This document shows positions 12,995-24,216 of a stretch of 64,000 nt of DNA, one piece after another. A program made the position numbers and the translations under genes. The stretch lies in contig NC_042997.1 of assembly GCF_006345805.1 (NCBI RefSeq), forward strand, positions 209,560,001 through 209,624,000, written 5' to 3'. Under the pieces are notes generated by a model. That model made no database searches and was not told the origin of the DNA. It saw only the letters and a program-made list of their open reading frames with translations. Each line of letters starts with the position of its first letter. Position 1 is the stretch's first letter. The DNA is from Octopus sinensis (lineage: Eukaryota).

Positions 12995-13078
12995 TCGGCT
13001 GACGAGTACCAGCCATCAATATTTACTGCATTTTTTGTAGCTTATTAAAGATGTCCTCGTACGAAACAATTGTACCGA
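12995..13078 (+). ncRNA. Type I hammerhead ribozyme motif within a probable Penelope-like remnant (~12850-13220)
   Basis: Stem I TCGG/CCGA; core CTGACGA; stem II GTAC/GTAC closing a ~49-nt loop; GAAA; palindromic stem III (A)CAATTG(T); cleavage triplet GTA ending at 13074. Confidence 0.7.
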
Positions 13079-13221
13079 TATTTTAATCCATTCTTGTTGC
13101 TTTTTTCCTATTTGTAACTTGTCGTATGGTTAACACCATATAGATTTCCGGTGCATCCTAGTTAAGGACCATATTCATGTGAATTCATTAGAACTCACTT
13201 GAATCTCAATTATTTAAACCG

Positions 13222-13252
<31 letters not shown>

Positions 13253-13427
13253 TATATAATATATATATATATATATTATATAAATTAGAGACAAAACCAC
13301 TATTAGGCAAATCAAACAATGAAATATATTATATAATATAATATTTTACTATAAAATTGGATTCAATCCTAAGTCTGATTTTTACCTGTAAGTTTGGATT
13401 TATTCCCTAATATTTATTATTATATAT

Positions 13428-16400
13428 ATCATCATCATCATCATCATCATTTAGCGTCCGTTTTCCATGCTAGCATGGGTTGGACGGTTCTACTGGGGTC
13501 TGTGAAGCCAGAAGGCTTCATCAGGCCCAGTCAAATCTGGCAGTGTTTCTACGGCTGGATGCCCTTCCTAACGCCAACCACTCCGTGAGTGTAGTGGGTG
13601 CTTTTTACGTGCCACCCGCACTGGTGCCAGACAGAGCTGGCAAACGGCCACGAACGGATGGTGCTTTTTATGTGCCACCGGCACGAGGGCCAGGCGAGGC
13701 TGGCAACGGACACGAAACGGGGCGGTGCTGGCAACGGTCGCGAAACAGAAAGTTCTCTTACATGCCACCGGCACTGGTAACACATCTGCAATTTCCATTG
13801 ATCGATTTCCATTGATCGATTTCGATTCTGATCCTCACTTGCCTCAATGGGTCTTCACAAGCAGAGTTTCGACATGCCACCGGCACTGGTAGCACATCCG
13901 CAATTTCCATTGATCGATTTCGATTCTGATCCTCACTTGCCTCAACACGTCTTCACAAGTAGAGTTTTGTGTCCCAAGAAGGGAAGGTATGCATACGTAG
14001 GCTGGCTCCATCCCATGTAGAAGGCCACGGGTTGTGGACTCACTTGTCCTGCCGGGTCTTCTCGCGCACAGCACACTTCCAGAGGTCTCGGTCTCTAGTC
14101 ATTTCCTCAGTGAGACCTAAAGTTCGAAGGTCGTGCTTCACCACCTCGTCCCAGGTTTTCCTGGGTCTGCCTCTTCCACAGGTTCCCTCAACCGCTAGGG
14201 TGTGGCACTTTTTCACACAACTATCTTCATCCATTCTCGTCACATGACCATACCAGCGCAAACGTCTCTCTTGCACACCACAACTGATGCTTCTTAGGTC
14301 CAGCTTTTCTCTCAAGGTACTTACACTCTGCCGAGTGTGAGTACCGGCATTACACATCCATCGGAGCATACTGGCTTCATTTCTAGCGAGCTTACGCATA
14401 TCCTCAGCAGTCACGGCCCATGTTTCACTGCCATGTAGCATGGCTGTTCGTACACACGCATCATACAGTCTGCCTTTCACTCTGTGCGAGAGGCCTTTTG
14501 TCACCAGCAGAGGTAAGAGCTCTCTGAACTTTGCCCAAGCTATTCTTACTCTAGCAGTTACACTTTCAGCACACCCGCCCCCGCTGCTGACTTGGTCACC
14601 TAGGTAACGGAAACTATCAACTATTTCTAGTTTTTCTCCCTGGAAAGTGACGGAAGTTGGTCTCAGAGCATTTTCAGTGTTTATTGTTCCTGAGCATCTG
14701 CCACATACAAAAACCATCTTCCTAGTTAGCCTTCCTTTGACATTGCTGCATCTCTTATGTGTCCATAGCTTACACTTGGTGCATCTTATAGAGTTTCTAC
14801 CTACACCTTTTCTACAGATCGAGCAGGGCCATCTACCTGAAGGTGTTTGTGATTTGTCTACCTTCCTACTGATTACGACTTTGGTTTTAGCTAGATTGAC
14901 TCTGAGGCCCTTCGATTCTAATCCTTGTTTCCACACCTGAAACTTCTCCTCCAGTTCTGATAGCGACTCAGCAATTAGAGCAAGGTCATCAGCATAGAGG
15001 AGCTCCCAAGGGCATCCTGTCTTGAATTCCTCCGTTATTGCCTGGAGGACTATGATAAATAGGAGGGGGCTGAGTACTGAGCCTTGGTGGACCCCTACCT
15101 CTACCCGGAATTCTTCACTGTACTCATTTCCAACCCTCACCCTACTAGCGGCGTCCCTATACATGGCCCGCACAGCTCTCACTAACCATTCATCTATCCC
15201 TAGTTTTCTCATTGCCCACCAGATAAGGGATCGGGGGACCCTGTCGAAGGCTTTCTCCATGTCAACAAAAGCCAGGTACAGGGGCTTATCTTTGGCTAGG
15301 TATTTCTCCTGCAGCTGCCTTACCAGGAATATAGCATCAGTAGTACTTTTCCCTGGCACAAACCCAAACTGCATCTCATCTAAACTAACTCTCTCTCTAA
15401 TTAGTTGGGCTATGACCCTCTCCGTAACCTTCATCACCTGGTCCAACAGCTTGATACCTCTGTAGTTATTTGTATCTAGGGCATCACTTTTACCTTTGTA
15501 GCAGTTGACTATTATACTGCTACACCAGTCATTGGGTATGACCCCTTTGTGTATCACCTGATTAACTATATGGGTGACTAGGCTATAGCCGACACTACCA
15601 GACATTTTGAGCATCTCTGCAGTGATTCCTGATGGGCCTGGGGCTTTCCCTGTCTTCATGCTTCTAATTGCCTTAGCTACCACAGAACTATCAACTCGGA
15701 TAGCTGGTCCCTCTGTTGGGTCAACATTCGGCAGACTCTCTTTATCCCATTCATTTTCTTCATTCAGCAACCTTTCATAGTGGCATCTCCAAACCTCTCT
15801 CTTTGCATCCTCATTTAGCGCAAGTGAACCATCTTCCATGCGAACACACTTCTCTCCTACCACATCACGATTCTCTCTCACACACTGTCTTGCAACACGA
15901 AACACCTCCAGTCTTTGGTCCTCACGGCGCAGAACATTGGCAAATTTTTTCTTATCTGCTTCCCCTCTGGCTAAATAAACCTGTCTCCTAGCTTCTCTTT
16001 TGGCAGTCTGATACAATTCCCTGCTACCCCCATTTTTCCAGACCTTCCAAGCCTGTCTCTTTTCTCTAATAGCCCTGTCTACAATATTGTTCCACCACCA
16101 CGTTATTCTAGGTCGAGAGGGGACTTTGCACCAGCCACAGATCTGGTCAGTGGCTCTCAGCAGGTTGTCCCTTAGAAACGTCCAGCTGTCTTCTACCCCC
16201 TGTGATGCTCTATCCCCTTCTACTTCGTCAGAGGCTTCAAGTAATATGTCCCTAAATCTCTGTCCATTTGCAGGATCTTTAAGCTTCCAGATCCTTCTTC
16301 TCCATATTTGTCGTCTTCTGGTTGTCCTCCTAGTCCTGATCCTAAAGTCACTAACTACCAGTCTATGTTGTGGGGTACATTCTTCACCTGGGAAGGTTTT

Positions 16401-16974
16401 GGCATTTATAAGCAGCCATCTCTCCCTTTGCCTTGTAAGGATGTAGTCAATTTGGCTGGTATGTTGGCCCGATTGGTAAGTGACTAGGTGGCTGGTAGGT
16501 TTCCTGAAGTTAGTGTTGCAAATCATAAGATTATTTGCATCGCAGAACTCCAGCAGCCTGGTTCCCTCCTCGTTGCGGGAGCCATAGCCTCCATGTACGC
16601 CATGGAAGCCCCCAGCATGTCGTCCAACGTGACCATTGAAGTCACCAGCCACAAAGATAAGGTCTCTGTCGTTCGTCAATGAGGTAGTCTGCAGTAGAGT
16701 GTCATAGAATCGGTCTTTCTGTCCATCGGGTAGCCCCGACTGAGGAGCATAGGCTGATATAATGGTTGCTAAACTATGATGAAGCACTAATCTAATCTTA
16801 AGTATTCTGTCACTTACTCTGATTACCTCAATTACTTTATCTACCCATTTCTCAGCGATAAGTATACCCACGCCACCAACCCCGTCAGTGTTCCCTGCCC
16901 AGAAAATCTTGTACCTGCGTTCCTTGCCTGTGAGGAACCTAGCTGATCCTCCTCTCCACCTTATTTCTTGCATG

Positions 16975-16979
<5 letters not shown>
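13428..16979 (-). mobile_element. RTE-clade LINE, 5'-truncated, with 3' UTR and (ATG)n tail
   Basis: Long APE+RT ORF; 3' UTR 13450-14039 with ~60-bp tandem repeats; tail at 13428-13450; inserted in (TA)n. Confidence 0.95.
14040..16979 (-). CDS. RTE ORF: APE endonuclease (truncated) - reverse transcriptase - PHD-like Zn finger - C-terminal domain
   Basis: APE motifs QE, GVG, SAYAPQ, GDFNGH, QIDYIL, QHRLV; RT motifs GKAPGPSGI, NYRGIKLL, QFGF, DMEKAFD, GVHQGSVLSP, YADD, FRYLG; then LHGSETW, LRWYGH, GRGRPRKTW; no stops in ~979 codons. The ORF-track extension 16980-17279 is (TA)n and SINE. Confidence 0.95.
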
Positions 16980-17019
<40 letters not shown>

Positions 17020-17020
<1 letters not shown>

Positions 17021-17238
17021 GTGTGTGTATATATTTGTGTGTCTGTGTTTGTCCCCCCAACATTGCTTGACAACCGATGCTGGTGTGTTTACGTCCCCGT
17101 AACTTAGCGGTTCGGCAAAAGAGACCGATAGAATAAGTACTAGGCTTACAAAGAATAAGTCCTGGGGTTGATTTACTCGAGCAAAGGCGCTGCTCCAGCA
17201 TGGCCGCAGTCAAATGACTGAAACAAGTAAAAGAGTAA
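17020..17238 (+). mobile_element. SINE family C, 3' half
   Basis: Matches the 3' half of intact copies (24385-24580, 32490-32700). Confidence 0.85.
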
Positions 17239-17579
17239 TGATAATATAAGAGTAGAATGAATATTTGATTGTAGTGCATATAGCGTTTAGATGATGTGAT
17301 TGAAGTTTCTCTTTAGTGAATCAAGTCCACAATAGGGACAACAACAACAACAGCAGCAACAAGAAGAAGTGGTATTTCAAAGCAAGCTATGAAGAATCAA
17401 TCAGCCATGCTGTTTATATTGGAGCACGGTAAATATTTGATACGCAATACGGGTGTATAGACGACACATGGTGCAAGTGTGTGCATGTGTGTGGTTGTGT
17501 GGCGCTTCATGTATGTTGTATGGAGTGTATATTCTGTTGCAGGATGTGTTTGTGATCTGCAGTTTATATATTATGCACA

Positions 17580-17690
17580 TGCACACGCACATATATATGT
17601 GTATATATATATATATACACATATATATATATACATATATATACACACACACACATATATATGTATACACATATATATATACATATTTAT

Positions 17691-17740
<50 letters not shown>

Positions 17741-17835
17741 ATATATGTGTATATATATGTGTATATATGTATATATATATATATATATAAACACATATAT
17801 ACACATACATACATATATATATATATATGTATATT
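17580..17835. repeat. (TA)n/(CA)n microsatellite
   Basis: Direct inspection. Confidence 0.95.
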
Positions 17836-18599
17836 TGTCTCAGAAAATTAGAATATTAGTCAAAAAGCCATAGTATTTGTTGACACCTAAGTAAATACAT
17901 CAACATTCCTTTTATATCCTGTCCCACTTAATCTAAACCAGTCTCTCCTCAGTAATTTGCTGATGTATGCTGCTTAAGTTTATGGCTTTCTCATTGGGGG
18001 TCACATGCCTTATCTTCCTCATACACAGGCCCCCCTCTGTCTTCCCCAACCGCTCCTGTTACCAACCCAATTGCATGTCACCACTCTTTCTTTGTTCCGT
18101 TTACTGTAACAGCCTTTCTATTCTGCTGCTCTACACCACCAGGCATTCCATACTCCCCCCCCCCACTCATTCCTACCCACCTCTGACACCACATCACCCC
18201 CTTTTTTTTCTTCACCCCTTTCCAGCTCCACCTGTCCCCTCCACTGTCTAAAATGCGAGTAGCCATGTAACTCCTCTGCAGCAAGAAACCTGTTCTGTTC
18301 CAGCCCTTTTCTCTCACACCCCACCCTCACCCCTCTCTACTCCTTATTCTCAAAGCATAAAGTTTCTCCCCCCACTTGGGGTTCATAGTCTTGCAAGCCA
18401 TATGACAACCTCACTAGTGCTAAGATGAGAACCACTCTCATAGCAACCCTTTCTTTAGAAATGGTGAAGAGTTTAGCAACCTTACTTCACAGAAAAGCTG
18501 ACATATTACTGGAAGAGTCCAAGAATGGCACCACATCCACAACAGCCTAGAATGGAAATTAATAAGATATTCATTAAATAAAAACAACATATAACTGCT

Positions 18600-18945
18600 G
18601 CTTGTTTCAGACATTAGACTGTGGCCATGCTGGGGCACTGCCTTGAAGAATTTTTAGTTGAATGAATGGACCTCAGTACTACTTTTTTTTTTTTAAAGCC
18701 TGGTATTTATTCTGTCAGTCTCCTTTTGCTAAACCACTAAGTTACGGGAAGGTAAATACACCACACTGGTTGTCAAGCGATGGTGACACACACACACACA
18801 CACACACACAACAGGCTTCTATCAGTTTCCGTCTACCAAATCCACTCCTGAATCTTTGGTGGGCTCAAGGTGCCACACGGTGGGACTGAACCCAAAGCCA
18901 TGTGGCTGGGAAGGAAGCTTCTTACCACACAGCCACACCTGCGCC
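18600..18945 (-). mobile_element. SINE family C
   Basis: Reverse-complement match to other copies. Confidence 0.75.
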
Positions 18946-19396
18946 CATATTTGAAGTGTTTTGTCTAATTTCTAACGAATCAAGTCCGTTATCATCCTTA
19001 AAAGGTGGCAAAGTTCTGGTAACATTCAGAGATTTTTCTTACTTTTAGCCTGTTTTTTTGTTTGTTTTCCCTTCTCGTTTACGACATTGACCTCATCGTC
19101 TGCCCTTCTCCCTCTACACTCTTCTGTATATTTCTTCCTTCACAGCCTTTGGTCATATGCACACATGCATATACATCATGTACACACCTAGACTGACTCA
19201 TACACACACACACACACACATGCTACACACCCAAACTAATGTCACCTTAGCTGTGTCTATTGTTTCCACAGTTGGTGTTTTGTCCCAGATCAGTCCTTTT
19301 CATTTTAACACAGTAACATATGATTTGGCTGTTATTTATTGCATGTCAATAGCTGTCCTCTCAGATATGTGAGCAGTACTCTAATGTAGGTCTAGG

Positions 19397-19830
19397 ATAC
19401 ATTATTTACATTTGACAGATATTTGTCCTCATCTTGTTTGTTGTTAACACAACTTTTCGGCTGATATACCCTCCAGCCTTCATCAGGTGTCTTGGGGAAA
19501 TTTCGAACCTGAATAATAATAATAATAACATCAAAAAATACCTTAGGAACGTTTAGGGCATATGGTGTAGTGGTTAAGAGCACAGGCTACTAACCCCAAG
19601 ATTCTGAGTTCGATTCCAAGCAGTGACCTGAACAATAATAATAAGAAGAAGAATAATAACATTGAAATGAGAACCCAGGTTCAAAATTTCCCCAACACAC
19701 CTGATGAAGGCTGGAGGGTATATCAGCCGAAACGTTGTGTTAACAACAAACAAGATGAGGACAGATATCCGTCAAATGTAAATAATGTAAATAATGTAAA
19801 TAATTCCTCATCTCTTAAATATAGAACTGC
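19397..19830 (+). mobile_element. Composite tRNA-head/(AAT)n/hammerhead element with a 5' inverted partial copy
   Basis: Inverted hammerhead module 19397-19511 (-); tRNA-like head 19556-19630; (AAT)n; hammerhead module 19667-19830 (+). Confidence 0.75.
19697..19740 (+). ncRNA. Minimal type I hammerhead ribozyme motif
   Basis: ACAC-CTGATGA-A-GGCTG(gagggtatat)CAGCC-GAAA-CGTT-GTGT: stem I ACAC/GTGT, stem II GGCTG/CAGCC, palindromic AACGTT stem III. Confidence 0.7.
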
Positions 19831-19925
19831 AGAGAATAAGATGTTTGTGTCCCAAGATATGAAAGCAGTATTGTAATGTTGTTTTAAGATGTTTCTCTAT
19901 ACATAAATGCCCTGTATAATCTATG

Positions 19926-20305
19926 TGGAGGCGCAATGGCCCAATGGTTAGGACAGCAGACTCATGGTCGTAGGATCGTGGTTTCGATTCCCAGACCAGG
20001 CATTGTGAGTGTTTATTGAGCAAAAACATCTAAAGCTTCACGAGGTTCCAGCAGGGGGTGGTGGCGAACCCTGCTGTACTCCTTTACCACAACTTTCTCT
20101 CATTCTTTCTTCCTGTTTCTGTTGTACCTGTATTTCAAAGGGGCCAGCCTTGTCACTCTCTGTGTCATGCTGAATCTCCCCGAGAACTACATTAAGGGTA
20201 CACGTGTCTGTGGAGTGCTCAGCCACTTGCACATTAATTTCATGAGCAGGCTGTTCTGTTGATCTGATCAAGTGGAACCTTGTCATTGCAACTGACAGAG
20301 TACCA
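19926..20305 (+). mobile_element. tRNA-derived SINE family R
   Basis: Head ggaggcgcaatggcccaatggttagg...gtttcgattccc; near-identical to 29753-30132. Confidence 0.85.
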
Positions 20306-20637
20306 TGATATAATCTATGCAGTTGTCACCTACTCTTCCCTTCTTATTCACTCAATGCTTTATATTTACCCCTTCACCCCTTCCCCCATTTCTCACCTTC
20401 CCATTCACTTTTGCAACCTCTACCTACCCACATTCCTAGTTCTTCTGCACCCCATTACACACATTTCTATTTACCTCTTACCTTGAGGGTCCACACAGAC
20501 ACCTCATTGCTACTATGTTATCTCTTTCCTACTCCAACCCTGTCATTCCTCACTCTCCCTTCAAAAATGCAAGTAGCCATATTACCCCTCTACAGCAAGA
20601 AACCTTTTCTACCCTGGACCCTTCTTTCATACTTTAA

Positions 20638-21099
20638 CCCTTTTGTTACTGTATTTATTTTGAGATGTTCTGTGTTTCTTTCAATTACTTTAAATATAAC
20701 AAAGAATTTAGTAAAATAACTTAGTTATCATTAAACTAGTGTTAAGAACATAAATTGGGACTAAGGTTTAGTGGAAGATTTTCATTCAAAACTTTTGGAA
20801 ACAAGACATTTGTACTACAGAGCCAGAGGTGGTTTCAGCCAGGATGGTATGAAAAGAGTTTAATTAATCATTTGTTAACCCTTTTGTTACCATATTTCTG
20901 TTGAGATGCTCTGTGTTTCTTTCAATTACTTTAAATATAACAAAGAATTTAGTAAAATAACTTAGTTATCAGTAAGTTAGTAGTTAGGAACATAAATTGT
21001 GACTAAGGTTTAGTGGAAGATTTTAATTCAAAACTTATGGAAACAAGACATTTGTACTCAGAGCCAGAGGCAGTTTCAGCTGGGTTGGTATCGAAAGGG
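20638..21099. mobile_element. Two tandem piggyBac-type MITE family 2 copies (20638-~20858, 20879-21099)
   Basis: TTAA-CCCTTT...AAAGGG-TTAA on the second copy; partial copies at ~22228-22960, 25370-25531 and 60775-60960. Confidence 0.8.
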
Positions 21100-21508
21100 T
21101 TAAACCTCTCTTTCCCCAGCTAAAAGCTCACTCACTTGGGTTCTTAGTCTTGCTAGCTGCATGGCAACCTCACTAGTGCTGGTGCTACAAAACAAATCAC
21201 TTAGTACATGCTGTGAAGTAGCAGGCATTAGGAAGAGAATCCAGGTGTAGGAGCCATGTCAAGATAGACAGTGGAGCACAACACACTTAGTCATGTGATC
21301 TAAATGTAATCCAGTCAGGTGGGGAGGGACAAATTAATAAGACCCCTTAGTGACGTATTTGGTTATGATACCACACTGCACAGTCTCACTTCTAAGAATG
21401 TCACACATTTGGACTTGGCAGCAGATGTTTCTACTGACCTAACTGGATTTTATTTCTGAAAATATTACATACTTGGACCTAGCAAAAGATCTTTCCAATG
21501 ACCTAACT

Positions 21509-21814
21509 GTTTGTTTGTTCCTTCTTGAGCTATGCCTGGCTCATAAGGGCCAGTTTCCCAGTTTCTTGGCATATAGGTTCCCCACTTGGACGGGATTGCC
21601 GGTCCATCGCAGGTAAGCTGCAAGATGTAGGAGGAAAGAGTGAGAGAAAGTTGTGGCGAAAGAGTCAGCAGAATTTTCACCATTACCTTCTGCTGGAGCC
21701 GGGTGGAGCTTAGGTGTTTCGCCCATAAACACACACATCGTCCGGTCTGAGATTTGAACCCACGATCCCTCGACCGCGAGTTCGCTGCTCTAACCACTAG
21801 GCCATGTGCCTCCA
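21509..21814 (-). mobile_element. SINE with a family R head and a different (V-domain-like) 3' half
   Basis: 13-bp TSD caatgacctaact (21496-21508, 21815-21827); (AAAC)n tail; cctgcgatggaccggcaatcccgtcc motif. Confidence 0.8.
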
Positions 21815-22367
21815 CAATGACCTAACTAGGATCATAGAAAACAGCCTGTTACATTCAATGCTTCCATAAAATGTTGGTGGTTTCCTTCATCTTAATATTG
21901 TTATTGGTTGTTTTATTACCATCTCCTCATTTTATTTCGTTTTATTGGTGGTTTATTATTGTTGCCTCAGTTGCCATCTTTTATTGCAGACATTTCTTTT
22001 TATCAGTTCTATTTATTACCATCTCATCATATTTCATTTAAATATTTTAACAACTATTTTACTGCCGGCTTATTTTTTATTTGCTGTCTTCAACATGTCT
22101 GTATAAACAGATGTTTTATGGCATTAACGCCACTCCAACCTTTTCTGTAACCCTTTACCTAGAAGTGGGCCTTCTTTGAGATGAGTTCCACTAACGGTAA
22201 AAAAAAAAAAAAATCTTGTTTGGGTAAACCCTTTTGTTATCATGTTTCATTTATTTTGAAAATAATGAAGAATTTTGGAAAATAATTTTGTCATTAGTAA
22301 GCTGATGTTTGGAACCAAAATAAATATGGAGTTTTGATGGAAGATTTTAATTGAGATCACTTTAAAG

Positions 22368-22901
22368 CAGGGGTCAGAAACCTTTTTTAATCAATTACCC
22401 CAAAATATATTTATTTATGCCACTGTTACTCCCGTGATTTGAAAGGAAGAAAATCATAAATCATAGATTCTTTGAATTCAAAAAGAGGATACAATTATAA
22501 ATATAAAATAAATTAATATCCTCATTATGAAACAAATGGTTTTTCTAGAAACTTTTTTTTACTTCAGGGTTTGGAGAAATGTTGTTTCATTTTCGTTACA
22601 ATTACATCAAAATTGGGACATTTTGATGCCAGAACAATTTGGAGACAGTCTTCAGGGTCCGATCGATTACTCTGTTTTGTTTTTATGTTCATTAGAGTGG
22701 AAAATCCTTGATTCCAAAGGTAGGTTGTTGCAAAAGTCAGCAACTTTTTGACTGCCTCCTCTTAGAAGAAGAAAAGTTTCTGTCATAACAAGGAACACGT
22801 TTTTTTTATATAATTTTACTTATGTCTAATGAGTCCTCATTACCTGGAAGAATTTCATTTTTACCCCACTTGGGGCAATTTATCTTGGGTCACTGACCCT
22901 G
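22368..22901 (-). mobile_element. Non-autonomous hAT (Charlie/Buster-like) deletion derivative with transposase C-terminal remnant
   Basis: 8-bp TSD ctttaaag (22360-22367, 22902-22909); ends cagggGTCAG/ctgaccctg; minus strand reads LLTFATTYLWNQGFSTLMNIK and DPEDC...CPNFDVIV, resembling the hAT dimerization domain. Confidence 0.85.
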
Positions 22902-23392
22902 CTTTAAAGCAAGAAGTTTGTGTCATAGAATCAGGGCAGCCTCAGGTAGGTTGGTATCAAGTGAATCAAAGATATGTCTCAGAGATATACTTTTAATAGT
23001 CAAGACAATAAGCTGTACAAGTTATTGTACATCCAGGCTAGTCCTGGTTAAGCAGGCTTATGATTAAAGACATTCTAACTATGACCACCTCGTCTTTTTT
23101 CAGACCTAGTATATGTAGGACTACAGTAGTCATGCATACCTCTTTTTTTTTATCCACTCCTTAACCCTCTAACTTTTAAACCTTCCCTATCCAGCCCAAC
23201 TATTCTACCTGCACTATGTTCAAACCAGCCAGATTTGGCCTCTCACACCTACCCAGCAATGTCGTTCTAAAAGTAAACAACCTCATCATCAAGATCTTGA
23301 AGCTATGAGATAAAGCATGACTAATTCAAAACAATATGAATAAATAAGCATTACATTTGACAGAGTAACCCCTGAATGCTAAAGGGTTCAAC

Positions 23393-23673
23393 CAGTGGTT
23401 CCCAAAGTGGGTGGTGGAAAGAGCCGGGGGTGGGGTGGGGGGCGTTGAAGAAAAAATGGGGCAATAATGGAGTGACCAAAACGGGGCAGTGGATGTTAAA
23501 AACAAACAAACAAAATAAAGGGTTAAGTTTTATTTGTGAAATTACTGATGTTTTGAATTTGCTGCAGAAAATGGTTTCTGTTTGTGCTGGTGAGTCGTGG
23601 AGGGGGAGGGGCCTCTAGGAATGTGGCCTTAGAACCAAGGGGGTGGCAGCCTGGAAAAGTTTGGGAACCACTG
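23393..23673. mobile_element. hAT MITE
   Basis: 14-bp TIR cagtggttcccaaa/tttgggaaccactg; 8-bp TSD ggtt(c/a)aac. Confidence 0.85.
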
Positions 23674-24052
23674 GGTTAAACGATGAGATATGGTTTCATG
23701 AAAGTTTGGCTGTTGTCTACTTCTTGCAATTCCCGTATCCATATCTAGAAGATTCTTTACTGGATGTCTGAGCCATATTGGTTCGGTGGTGGGTTGGATG
23801 AGTTATGTAGATATTTCATCTTTCTCTTCTTTTTTGTTTTTGTTTTCCTCAGGCTTCCATGTTTCAAGTTTCCAATATCTTTCTCTAGCAAGTTCCTCTG
23901 TAGAAACGTCCATCACGCATTTCATTGCCAGGCATCTGAAATAAAACATATGATTTAAACTCCTGTTTTATATTTCAGAGATGCAGGAAATAACTACTGC
24001 ATCGCTTACATTGGTCGTAAATTACTACAGTTTCCTGGGTGTTGTATTATGA

Positions 24053-24195
24053 TTCTTCTTCTTCTTCTTCTTCTTCTTCTTCTTCTTCTTCCCTCCTCCC
24101 CCTCCCCTTCCTCCTCCTTCTTCCCCTCCTTCTTCTTCTTCTCCTTCTTCCTCTCCTCCTCCTTCTTCTTCCACTTCTTCTTCCACTTCTTCTAT
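24053..24195. repeat. (CTT)n/(CCT)n microsatellite
   Basis: Direct inspection. Confidence 0.9.
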
Positions 24196-24216
24196 ATATA
24201 TACACACACATATACA

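Noticed and set aside
16980-17279. N-terminal 100 aa of the 1079-aa ORF
   Set aside because: Chance read-through of (TA)n and an antisense SINE; the LINE is truncated at ~16979
19556-19630. Functional tRNA gene (also the SINE heads at 19926 and 29753)
   Set aside because: A and B boxes are present but there is no proper acceptor stem, and the sequence runs directly into repeat bodies
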